A stretch of 64,000 bases of DNA from the human T2T-CHM13v2.0 reference genome, Homo sapiens. The notes beneath the pieces are model-generated. The model made no database searches. It was not told where the DNA came from and saw only the letters and a list, made by a program, of their open reading frames with translations. This document shows, piece by piece, positions 22,685 to 35,397 of the stretch; position 1 is the stretch's first letter, and the number at the start of each line of letters is the position of its first letter. The DNA lies in NCBI RefSeq assembly GCF_009914755.1, contig NC_060935.1; one strand, given 5' to 3'. Made by a program: the position numbers and the translations under genes.

Positions 22685-23456
22685 TGTGGGGTGTCTCTTT
22701 TAAATGAAAGCATACTCTGTTTACGTATTTGATATGAAGGAATATCCTTCCTTTCCACAAAGACAAAAATTATCCTATTTTTCTCAAAACATATGTCCTT
22801 TTTCTCTACTTTTCATTTTTGTTACTTTTGATGGACACATGTGTTACATTGATTTCACTTTCTCATAATTCTGCTGTAAGAAAAACAATAGTGCCAGTTC
22901 AATGACAAATAGCAACAGTCTGTTATTGCTAGACTGTTACTGTTAGTGGAGACTACCAGAACAGTCAGTCCCAGTGTCAGGGAATCAAAGAGAACATGTT
23001 CCCTCTCTAAAGGGCACAGCTGCTGCTCAGCTTTAGCTGATTGCTGCCCTGCAGGACTATAGGCCCAGTGTTGCTAGATCTTTTGATGTTTCAAGAGAAG
23101 CTTGGAATCTAGAATGTGATGGGAAGTCTCTTACATTTAAACATGTTGGCAATTAATGGTAAGATTTAAAAATACTGTGGTCCAAGAAAAAAATGGATTT
23201 GGAAACTGGATTAAATTCAAATGAGGCATGCAGATTAATCTACAGCATGGTACAATGTGAATTTTCTGGTTTCTTTAATTGCACTGTAATTAGGTAAGAT
23301 GTTAGCTTTGGGGAAGCTAAGTGCAGAGTATGCAGAAACTATTATTTTTGTAAGTTTTCTCTAAGTATAAATAAATTTCAAAATAAAAATAAAAACTTAG
23401 TAAAGAACTATAATGCAATTCTATGTAAGCCAAACATAATATGTCTTCCAGTTTGA

Positions 23457-23876
<420 letters not shown>

Positions 23877-23955
23877 TGATTTTTTAAAAAGTCATTGTGT
23901 TCCATCCATGAGTCGTTTGAGTTTTAAAACTGTCTTTTTGTTTGTTTTTGAACAG

Positions 23956-26627
23956 GTTTACAAAGGAGGAAAACGACTTCTTCTAGATTTTTTTTTCAGT
24001 TTCTTCTATAAATCAAAACATCTCAAAATGGAGACCTAAAATCCTTAAAGGGACTTAGTCTAATCTCGGGAGGTAGTTTTGTGCATGGGTAAACAAATTA
24101 AGTATTAACTGGTGTTTTACTATCCAAAGAATGCTAATTTTATAAACATGATCGAGTTATATAAGGTATACCATAATGAGTTTGATTTTGAATTTGATTT
24201 GTGGAAATAAAGGAAAAGTGATTCTAGCTGGGGCATATTGTTAAAGCATTTTTTTCAGAGTTGGCCAGGCAGTCTCCTACTGGCACATTCTCCCATTATG
24301 TAGAATAGAAATAGTACCTGTGTTTGGGAAAGATTTTAAAATGAGTGACAGTTATTTGGAACAAAGAGCTAATAATCAATCCACTGCAAATTAAAGAAAC
24401 ATGCAGATGAAAGTTTTGACACATTAAAATACTTCTACAGTGACAAAGAAAAATCAAGAACAAAGCTTTTTGATATGTGCAACAAATTTAGAGGAAGTAA
24501 AAAGATAAATGTGATGATTGGTCAAGAAATTATCCAGTTATTTACAAGGCCACTGATATTTTAAACGTCCAAAAGTTTGTTTAAATGGGCTGTTACCGCT
24601 GAGAATGATGAGGATGAGAATGATGGTTGAAGGTTACATTTTAGGAAATGAAGAAACTTAGAAAATTAATATAAAGACAGTGATGAATACAAAGAAGATT
24701 TTTATAACAATGTGTAAAATTTTTGGCCAGGGAAAGGAATATTGAAGTTAGATACAATTACTTACCTTTGAGGGAAATAATTGTTGGTAATGAGATGTGA
24801 TGTTTCTCCTGCCACCTGGAAACAAAGCATTGAAGTCTGCAGTTGAAAAGCCCAACGTCTGTGAGATCCAGGAAACCATGCTTGCAAACCACTGGTAAAA
24901 AAAAAAAAAAAAAAAAAAAAAGCCACAGTGACTTGCTTATTGGTCATTGCTAGTATTATCGACTCAGAACCTCTTTACTAATGGCTAGTAAATCATAATT
25001 GAGAAATTCTGAATTTTGACAAGGTCTCTGCTGTTGAAATGGTAAATTTATTATTTTTTTTGTCATGATAAATTCTGGTTCAAGGTATGCTATCCATGAA
25101 ATAATTTCTGACCAAAACTAAATTGATGCAATTTGATTATCCATCTTAGCCTACAGATGGCATCTGGTAACTTTTGACTGTTTTAAAAAATAAATCCACT
25201 ATCAGAGTAGATTTGATGTTGGCTTCAGAAACATTTAGAAAAACAAAAGTTCAAAAATGTTTTCAGGAGGTGATAAGTTGAATAACTCTACAATGTTAGT
25301 TCTTTGAGGGGGACAAAAAATTTAAAATCTTTGAAAGGTCTTATTTTACAGCCATATCTAAATTATCTTAAGAAAATTTTTAACAAAGGGAATGAAATAT
25401 ATATCATGATTCTGTTTTTCCAAAAGTAACCTGAATATAGCAATGAAGTTCAGTTTTGTTATTGGTAGTTTGGGCAGAGTCTCTTTTTGCAGCACCTGTT
25501 GTCTACCATAATTACAGAGGACATTTCCATGTTCTAGCCAAGTATACTATTAGAATAAAAAAACTTAACATTGAGTTGCTTCAACAGCATGAAACTGAGT
25601 CCAAAAGACCAAATGAACAAACACATTAATCTCTGATTATTTATTTTAAATAGAATATTTAATTGTGTAAGATCTAATAGTATCATTATACTTAAGCAAT
25701 CATATTCCTGATGATCTATGGGAAATAACTATTATTTAATTAATATTGAAACCAGGTTTTAAGATGTGTTAGCCAGTCCTGTTACTAGTAAATCTCTTTA
25801 TTTGGAGAGAAATTTTAGATTGTTTTGTTCTCCTTATTAGAAGGATTGTAGAAAGAAAAAAATGACTAATTGGAGAAAAATTGGGGATATATCATATTTC
25901 ACTGAATTCAAAATGTCTTCAGTTGTAAATCTTACCATTATTTTACGTACCTCTAAGAAATAAAAGTGCTTCTAATTAAAATATGATGTCATTAATTATG
26001 AAATACTTCTTGATAACAGAAGTTTTAAAATAGCCATCTTAGAATCAGTGAAATATGGTAATGTATTATTTTCCTCCTTTGAGTTAGGTCTTGTGCTTTT
26101 TTTTCCTGGCCACTAAATTTCACAATTTCCAAAAAGCAAAATAAACATATTCTGAATATTTTTGCTGTGAAACACTTGACAGCAGAGCTTTCCACCATGA
26201 AAAGAAGCTTCATGAGTCACACATTACATCTTTGGGTTGATTGAATGCCACTGAAACATTCTAGTAGCCTGGAGAAGTTGACCTACCTGTGGAGATGCCT
26301 GCCATTAAATGGCATCCTGATGGCTTAATACACATCACTCTTCTGTGAAGGGTTTTAATTTTCAACACAGCTTACTCTGTAGCATCATGTTTACATTGTA
26401 TGTATAAAGATTATACAAAGGTGCAATTGTGTATTTCTTCCTTAAAATGTATCAGTATAGGATTTAGAATCTCCATGTTGAAACTCTAAATGCATAGAAA
26501 TAAAAATAATAAAAAATTTTTCATTTTGGCTTTTCAGCCTAGTATTAAAACTGATAAAAGCAAAGCCATGCACAAAACTACCTCCCTAGAGAAAGGCTAG
26601 TCCCTTTTCTTCCCCATTCATTTCATT
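23956..26627 (+). other. BIRC3: BIRC3 exon 2, 5'UTR portion (~2.7 kb, AT-rich, many upstream ATGs)
   Basis: Acceptor TTTGTTTTTGAACAG|GTTTAC at 23955/23956; consistent with the known very long cIAP2 5'UTR. Confidence 0.8.
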
Positions 26628-27480
26628 ATGAACATAGTAGAAAACAGCATATTCTTATCAAATTTGATGAAAAGCGCCAACACGTTTGAACTGAAATACG
26701 ACTTGTCATGTGAACTGTACCGAATGTCTACGTATTCCACTTTTCCTGCTGGGGTTCCTGTCTCAGAAAGGAGTCTTGCTCGTGCTGGTTTCTATTACAC
26801 TGGTGTGAATGACAAGGTCAAATGCTTCTGTTGTGGCCTGATGCTGGATAACTGGAAAAGAGGAGACAGTCCTACTGAAAAGCATAAAAAGTTGTATCCT
26901 AGCTGCAGATTCGTTCAGAGTCTAAATTCCGTTAACAACTTGGAAGCTACCTCTCAGCCTACTTTTCCTTCTTCAGTAACAAATTCCACACACTCATTAC
27001 TTCCGGGTACAGAAAACAGTGGATATTTCCGTGGCTCTTATTCAAACTCTCCATCAAATCCTGTAAACTCCAGAGCAAATCAAGATTTTTCTGCCTTGAT
27101 GAGAAGTTCCTACCACTGTGCAATGAATAACGAAAATGCCAGATTACTTACTTTTCAGACATGGCCATTGACTTTTCTGTCGCCAACAGATCTGGCAAAA
27201 GCAGGCTTTTACTACATAGGACCTGGAGACAGAGTGGCTTGCTTTGCCTGTGGTGGAAAATTGAGCAATTGGGAACCGAAGGATAATGCTATGTCAGAAC
27301 ACCTGAGACATTTTCCCAAATGCCCATTTATAGAAAATCAGCTTCAAGACACTTCAAGATACACAGTTTCTAATCTGAGCATGCAGACACATGCAGCCCG
27401 CTTTAAAACATTCTTTAACTGGCCCTCTAGTGTTCTAGTTAATCCTGAGCAGCTTGCAAGTGCGGGTTTTTATTATGTGG
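26628..27480 (+). CDS. BIRC3: cIAP2 coding exon 2 (BIR1, BIR2, start of BIR3), 853 nt
   Basis: [36 protein letters not shown]...; donor TGG|GTAAGA. Confidence 0.98.
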
Positions 27481-27583
27481 GTAAGAAACTGAATCTGCTA
27501 ATTAAAAAAAATATATTTCATTTTATACATTTTAGTGGGCAAATTATGTGTATTCATAAGTTTTGGTCTAAAATTAATTTTAG

Positions 27584-27683
27584 GTAACAGTGATGATGTC
27601 AAATGCTTTTGCTGTGATGGTGGACTCAGGTGTTGGGAATCTGGAGATGATCCATGGGTTCAACATGCCAAGTGGTTTCCAAG
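27584..27683 (+). CDS. BIRC3: cIAP2 exon 3 (BIR3), 100 nt
   Basis: [34 protein letters not shown]; AG/GT boundaries. Confidence 0.97.
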
Positions 27684-28512
27684 GTAATTGTTTTGAAATT
27701 CTCTTTGCAAATTCTTGTGATTATCATGAGATTGCTTATATGTGTTCACCTGAAATCAGTTGTTACTTTACTCTGTTCCAAATATATATTTGTGAATAAG
27801 TTTAGGATGGATTACTTAGTAAAATACTTACTTAAAAAGTTTCGATGGACTTAAGACAACGAAGAAATAGATTTGGGGATTTTTGTTTAATTTTTAAAGA
27901 AATATATATATATTTAAATAATACATGCTCATTATAAAAACAAAGTCACACATTGTAGAAAAGCACAGAGAAGGAAAATTAAAATGTCCAGAAATCTTAC
28001 CGCCTAAGGATGAGCATGGTTACCACTTTAGTGAACATCCCTCCAGACATATAGAAATAAATGTATATGATACATATACATATAGAAATAAATACATATA
28101 CATATAGAAATAAATGTACACCATTTTACATAAGTTAAATATTATATCTAGTTTTGAAGTTTTTTCAGTCAACATTTGTCTTGGATATATTTCCATTCAT
28201 TCGGTATTCAATAATAATTGATCACCTATTGGCAGGCATTGTTCTGGGTGCATAAAATCAGTTGAACAAAACAAAGACCCCTGGTCTCCTAAGTTTTTAT
28301 TATAGCACGAGAGAACAGACAACTAATAAAAACTTGAATAAGTTCTATAGCATGTTGGAAAATAAGTACAATCAATAAAAAGAACAAAGAGGAGTTTAGA
28401 AATGCCAGGCAGGTTACAATATTAAATTGGGTGGTCAGGGTAAGTATAGACTCATCTCATCTGTTTTAGTCGCCACGCAGCATTTTAATGTGATGTGTTA
28501 CCCTTTTGATTG

Positions 28513-28606
28513 TTTAACTGGCCACCTAGTGTTCTAGTTAATCCTGATTAGCTTGCAAGTGTGGGTTTTTATCACGTGGGTAAGAAACTTAATGTACTAA
28601 CTAAAA
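28513..28606 (+). repeat. Intronic direct duplicate of the BIRC3 exon 2 3' end plus donor site
   Basis: Matches 27414-27505 with few substitutions; keeps GTGG|GTAAGAAACT. Confidence 0.9.
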
Positions 28607-28835
28607 TATCAGCTTCAAAAAGTTTTTTACACTCTCCTTTTTCATCTAAATCATGTGGCCTACAATTACATTTTTTCATGGTCAAAACTTTTGCTATTAT
28701 TCAACCCGTTTCCCATTTGCCCTGAGAATACTGCACTGGCAACAAGCTGCACTGTTTTTTTTCTAAATGGGAAATGGGTTAATATCGATTAATAAATGTG
28801 GCATCTTAACTTATTTTGATTACTTTTTTTCCTCT

Positions 28836-29084
28836 TTTCTTTTGAGATGGAGCCTGGCTCTGTTGCCCAGATTGGAGTGCGATGGTGTGATGTCAGCTCA
28901 CTGCAACCTCCGCCTCTTGGGTTCAGGCAATTCTCATGCCTCGAGCCTCGCTAGTAGCTGGGATTACAGGTGCACGCTAGCATGCCCAGCTAATTTTTGT
29001 ATTTTTGTAGAGACAGGGTTTCACCATGTTGTCCAGGCTGGTCTCAAACTCCTGACCTCAGGACTTTGAGGTGCTTGCCCGGCC
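28836..29084 (-). mobile_element. AluS (internal deletion)
   Basis: Alu sequence. Confidence 0.88.
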
Positions 29085-29476
29085 AACATCAGTGTGTTTT
29101 AAGAATCTTAGAAGAGTTGAAGAGAGTAGCTAAGAGCTCTGAGGAGAGATGGTCTTACTTGACCTCAGTAGACTGAGGGGCTCCTGACCCTTGTCCACTT
29201 GAGCCTTGGTAGATAACTAGTAATCACCTTCCTCTTGCTTATATCAACCTGCCTTTCACTGCAATATCTCTGACCATTCCCTATATGCTAAATGAATAGT
29301 AAATTGATTATATGTACATTTATACTCATTTGAAATATTTATACTTCACAATATATTAAGAGTAAATTGATTATATGTATGTTTATACTCACTTGAAATA
29401 GCCAGTCTACAAATGGCTGGATTAGTCCTGCCCAAATTAAGATAAACCTTTAGAACTTTTCAAAATTAGCTGAAGT

Positions 29477-29825
<349 letters not shown>

Positions 29826-30169
29826 TCAACCTGTATGAAAAATGTTGACTGTCATGAGAAGCATCTTACAAAACAATTAAAAATTCACACAAAAAATTTG
29901 AATCCTGTCATAGGATAACTATGGGTTAGTTTTAGAAAAAAAGTTTTTTTTTTAAAAGCAATACAATAGAATCAGTTCCCAGTGGGCTAGGATGTATTTA
30001 TTCTTCTAACATTAAGTTTAGAATAAATGATCTTAAATGATTCTGTGATTTGAGGCAAACAACCAGATTTGAAATGGAATAAACACCTAGAGATGAGAAA
30101 TTTATGTTATTACATTTTCATTTCACTTGTATAAATAATCCCTCAAATTTTATTTTCTTTACATTTTAG

Positions 30170-30248
30170 GTGTGAGTACTTGATAAGAATTAAAGGACAG
30201 GAGTTCATCCGTCAAGTTCAAGCCAGTTACCCTCATCTACTTGAACAG
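30170..30248 (+). CDS. BIRC3: cIAP2 exon 4, 79 nt
   Basis: CEYLIRIKGQEFIRQVQASYPHLLEQ; TTTTAG|G...CAG|GTAGGG. Confidence 0.97.
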
Positions 30249-31012
30249 GTAGGGCAAGTTCTTTTTTTAAATATTGGTTGCCATCAGAGAAATTGCTTTC
30301 TGATAATTACAGAGAGTGCTATTTGAGTGAAAAGACAAGAGTTGTTTTAGAAATACATTTTCTTTTTCTTATCAAACCTGACATGATTTTAGAAAGTATT
30401 ATTCTTTGGAGAAAAATAGATCCATAAATGGTAGTCTCCTGATAATGACACTTGTGATGTTTTTCAAACAAGTTGCAATAAATCAAACTTCGAGAAAAAA
30501 TGACTGGGATAGTAGTATTTAACAGTTTCACTATATAAATTTTCCTTCAAAAGATCTGAGAAAGAGAATTTTATTGCTTTTTCTAACCTTGAGAAAGCAA
30601 ATAACTTACATAATAGTTTGATGGTCAAACCCATCCTAGCCATGAGCAATGAAACTGATACAGGGTCCAACTTATCCCAAAGGATGACCCAGGGTAGGTA
30701 AGACCTGTGGATGAAAGGAAAATTGATTGTCACATGGATTATGGAAAAGATATAGTCCGTTTCCTGCCTTAATGAAAATGGGTTTTGTTATTATATACAC
30801 ACACTGAAACTCTATTAGTTTATGGCCTAGGGAATAACTATCAAATATAAATGAAATATTGCTTTTGGTTAAAAAATTATTTTGCCAGTAAGCAAGTGGT
30901 TTGCAACAAGTTGAATAAAATATGTCTGTTGGGTCATTTTCATTGCAATGGGTAAGATAAGATTTCTATTTTAATTTATATATATATATATATATTTTTT
31001 TTTTTTCTGCAG

Positions 31013-31061
31013 CTGCTATCCACATCAGACAGCCCAGGAGATGAAAATGCAGAGTCATCAA
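31013..31061 (+). CDS. BIRC3: cIAP2 exon 5, 49 nt
   Basis: LLSTSDSPGDENAESS; CTGCAG|C...CAA|GTAAGT. Confidence 0.96.
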
Positions 31062-31194
31062 GTAAGTACAATGGATAATAATGAATGCATTTAAATAGAG
31101 TCATTTGGTACTGTTAATATTGAAAGTTGATAATAGTAATGTACCTGTATATTGATTTATAATTTACGATGAATGCATTTTCAAATATACTGTG

Positions 31195-31345
31195 TTGGTA
31201 TTTCCCAAACTTCAGTGCATATCAGAGTTGCCTGGAGAACTTTAAAAAATATGACAGATTTCCAGTTTCTACTTCAGACCTACTGAATTAAATCTGAGTA
31301 TCTAAAGGTGGGGCTCAGGCATGTATAGTTTTAACAAACTACATA
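31195..31345. mobile_element. MER5A-like hAT remnant
   Basis: CCCAAACTTCAGTGCATATCAGAG...CAGACCTACTGAAT motifs. Confidence 0.65.
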
Positions 31346-31644
31346 CATCCAGCCTAACACTTGTTCTTGGGCCAGTGTGGGAGCAGATGTACTATGATAT
31401 TAGATTGCTCACATATTCTTTCTGTGAAAGGGAAAGAATAGAACACGTTAGTCACCTTTTTAAATAGGGACGCTGAGGCTCAGAAAGGTTAAATGACTTG
31501 TACATCACCTTACACCTAAAATGCAACAGAGCTAATATTTGTACAAGCCCCTCTACTCCATTATCTCATGTTCAATTCAATTCAGTATATATTTATTGTA
31601 TATTGTATATCGCCTGTTCTGAGGAAAGCATAGAGAACAGGATA

Positions 31645-32080
31645 GAGCCAACCCAAATGTCCATCAGTGATAGACTGGATTAAGAAAATGTGGCACATAC
31701 ACACCATGGAATACTATGCAGCCATAAAAAGGATGAGTTCATGTCCTTTATAGGGACATGGATGAAGCTGGAAACCATCATTCTGAGCAAACTATCACAA
31801 GAACAGAAAACCAAACACCGCATGTTCTCACTCATAGTTGGGAATTGAACAATGAGAACACTTGGACATAGGAAGGGGAACATCACACACAGGGCCTGTT
31901 GTGGGGTAGGGGGATGTGGGAGGGATAGCATTAGGAGATACACCTAATGTTAAATGACGAGTTAACGGGTGCAGCACACCAACATGGCACATGTATACAT
32001 ATGTAACAAACCTGCACATTATGCACATGTACCCTAGAACTTAAAGTAAAATAATTTAAAAAAAAGGAAAAAAAGAATAC
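31645..32080 (+). mobile_element. 5'-truncated L1PA (3' end)
   Basis: L1PA 3'UTR ending CCCTAGAACTTAAAGTA plus A-tail; TSD AGAACAGGATA (31634-31644 and 32081-32091). Confidence 0.93.
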
Positions 32081-32099
32081 AGAACAGGATAAACATAAC

Positions 32100-32710
32100 T
32101 CCTGGTCTCATGTATCTACTGGAAACAGACAAATACACAGACAGGAGAAAGGGATATGGCAGCAAAAGTAAAGTGTAATATGAGAGTGCATATAGGACAA
32201 TTAACCCAGACTTGGAGGGTCAGAAAAGGCTTTCCAAAGGAAGTACTTGTCTTAGCAGAAAATCCAAGGGAAGAGTAGGAGTTAACCGAGTGACAAATGG
32301 AAGAAAAGAGTATTCCAGGCAGAGGGAACAGCATATGAAAGACCGAAGTGACAAAGGAGAATAGGCACCTTTGAAGAACTGAACAAAATTCCATATGGCC
32401 AGAAGTAGGAGTTGCTAATAGATAAATCAGGGAAGCAGGCCAGCTGTATGAGTGGTCAGCACTACAGGCAGAATTGACACTAGAGCCATCAGTTTGTGAC
32501 TTCTGGGCTAGAGTGCAGAATGTGAATGATTCAGTGGCAAGAGATGAGGCTGAAGAGGTAAACAAGGTTCAGATTGTATGAGACTTTGTAAGACACTTTA
32601 TTTTGGATTTTATCCTAAGAGCAATGGAATTGTTGATGGAATTTAAGAAGTGTGACACATCATATTTGTGTTTTTAAAAAGTCACTCTGATTGCACTGTT
32701 GAGAATGAAT
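32100..32710. mobile_element. L2 remnant
   Basis: ATTCCAGGCAGAGGGAACAGC and GGATTTTATCCTAAGAGCAATGG motifs. Confidence 0.7.
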
Positions 32711-33115
32711 TCCAAGGAAGCAATATTTTATAACCATAGCCTCTCTGAAAAATATGTGAATTATTCTTGATTGAAAACTCATTTGTTCATTCAACATAGG
32801 GAAAAATAATCTCAATTCTAGTGGGAGGTAATCCCTGCCATTCTGTTTCCTTCTCCTGCTCACATATGTATATCCAGTTATGACAGGTAATGTGTATTTT
32901 GCATCTAAGTACAATATTCCAAGTTGTTATTTAATGACTGAACGTGTATATCATTTTAAATTTAACAATGTTCATACAAAATAATGCCTATACATTTTGT
33001 TGGTTTTACATTTTTAATATTATAAAACCTTTCAATTTTTGATTTCATTTCAAATTTCAATTTTTAAGAAATATAAGGCTATCCTAATATGTGTTAAATT
33101 CTTTGTTCCATATAG

Positions 33116-33358
33116 TTATCCATTTTGAACCTGGAGAAGACCATTCAGAAGATGCAATCATGATGAATACTCCTGTGATTAATGCTGCCGTGGAAATGGG
33201 CTTTAGTAGAAGCCTGGTAAAACAGACAGTTCAGAGAAAAATCCTAGCAACTGGAGAGAATTATAGACTAGTCAATGATCTTGTGTTAGACTTACTCAAT
33301 GCAGAAGATGAAATAAGGGAAGAGGAGAGAGAAAGAGCAACTGAGGAAAAAGAATCAA
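33116..33358 (+). CDS. BIRC3: cIAP2 exon 6 (UBA domain), 243 nt
   Basis: IHFEPGEDHSEDAIMMNTPVINAAVEMGFSRSLVKQTVQRKIL...EKES; AG/GT boundaries. Confidence 0.97.
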
Positions 33359-33772
33359 GTATGTAGATTTATTAATACAGTCTATTTTCATAAGGATTTG
33401 ATATCAGTCTATATGTTATGAAAAATATACTCATCTAGCATATCTGAAAATATACTCAATCCAGTCAGGTTTTTTTCATGTTTAGTATTCTGAATTCAAA
33501 TGCTGAAAAATTTATTCATATTCAAATATATTTGAGTTGCTCATAAGTCAAAAATGTATGATGTACAAAAGTATTTTTCATGTTTTTCCTTAATTCATAT
33601 TTTTTTCTCTGGATAGCTGACGTTGTGTCCAATTATGCATTCATGGCACATTTTTTTTTTCTTAACGCTTTGAAAATGGAATCCTTGTTGCATCATGGCA
33701 CATTTTTAATCCCAGGCTAGTTGCTCACTCCCCTTTGGAGTAAATCAGGGTGGGATCAGGGACAATTATTAA

Positions 33773-34057
33773 TTTTTTTTTGAGACAGTCTTACTCTGTC
33801 ACCCATGCTGGAGTGCAGTGGCATGATCTCAACTCACTGCAACTTCTGCCTCCTGGGTTCAAGCAATTCTCGTGCCTCCTTCCCTTAGCTGGGATTACAG
33901 GCACCTGCCACCATGCCAGGCTAATTTTTGTATTTTTAGTAGAGAAGGGATTTCTCCATGTTGGCCACACTGGTCTCAAACTCCTGACCTCAAGTGATCC
34001 GCCCGCCTCGGCCTCCCAAAGTGCTGGGATTACAGGCATGAGCCACCGTGCCTGGCT
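33773..34057 (-). mobile_element. AluS
   Basis: Full-length Alu. Confidence 0.92.
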
Positions 34058-35397
34058 GGATGGTTATTAATTTTAATGTTAGCATAAAAGCATGTCTTAG
34101 CCTGTGACTATACATTAATACACAAATTACTATTAAGTCCCCTACCTGTCCACACAAGAACTGAGTCTTCCAGAGCATCCGTCGATTATTTAGGCAAGTC
34201 CTAGTATACTGTTTCACAATCTCTTAGGACAAGTTGCTCATGTCCTTCCATACTAAACGTATCCACTATGTTCTCTATTGCCCTTCACAAAAACTCTTCT
34301 GGGCACATACATTCTCATCTGGCTGTTTTGACTGCTATCATCATTCTGTCCTAGACAAAAAGAAATGCTGATCTCTCCTTTCCCAAGCATGGACCAGACC
34401 TATAAGTCCCTTCAACACAGCTGAAAACAGACTGCAACTTTTAACAAGCTCTTACTGGAGACTTAAGGAAAACGGAAGGGAATTATATCACAAATGTTGA
34501 TTTACAGCTGCAACTAGCTGTGACCTCTCTTAGTGCCCCCGGGCTCATCCTCATAAATCTCCCCTGCCTAGCTTCTGGTTCATCTCTGTGTAGCTTTGGC
34601 AAGTTTACACAAGTCACTAGGAATGTCCCAATAATGTTTTCCTTTATCAAAATTCAGGCCCCCCCAATATTCATAAAGCTCAGAAGGAGAATAAAGATTT
34701 CTCCTTATCCTTGTGCAAGGCCATCTGGGATCTATTTCTTCACAGGATGATTGACAGTCAGATTGTCCACTTCATTTAGGGATAAATCCAACCCTGCCCA
34801 TGAAGATGGATTTGTTCTCTGACCCAACCCAGACAAACCTATCAGACCATAGTGATATAGCATCATACATTCACCAAAGTGTGAATTACTCAGTCTATAA
34901 ACCACTAGTGTAGCAGCAATACAGTCACGGTTAACCTTTGCCCAGCCTCATCAAATTCTCTTTTCTCTGTGAAGATTAGGCAAGCATGTCCTTCCTGTAG
35001 CCTTCTTAGTGGTAGCCATTTGTCATCAGCCAACAATTGCTCAAAGAAGAGAACACTTATCTCCACAACTGTTGAGAGACCCCATAAAATCTAAAACTAT
35101 CCACTTATAAAATATTTATATTTCTTTCAAAGACAATCAGAAAAGTCTCCAGAAATGACTTCAAGTCAACAATATATAATAATTTACATTGTGAAAAAGA
35201 GCCCTTAGCGTTTCTGCCTCACCATTATATATATATCTCTACTACCTAGTATCGTGCCTGCATATAGTCTGTGTTGTGAGTGAGTGAATGAAAACACATT
35301 TAGGTTAATGATTACGTTATAGTTTCCCAAGAATAGTAGGGATATAAATAAAGAGGTAATTTAAGATTTTTTTTTTCCCAGAATAAAATAATAATAT

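Noticed and set aside
27481-27587. C-terminal tail of ORF 26628..27587 (KKLNLLIKK...)
   Set aside because: Read-through into intron 2 past the GTAAGA donor; not part of the spliced protein.
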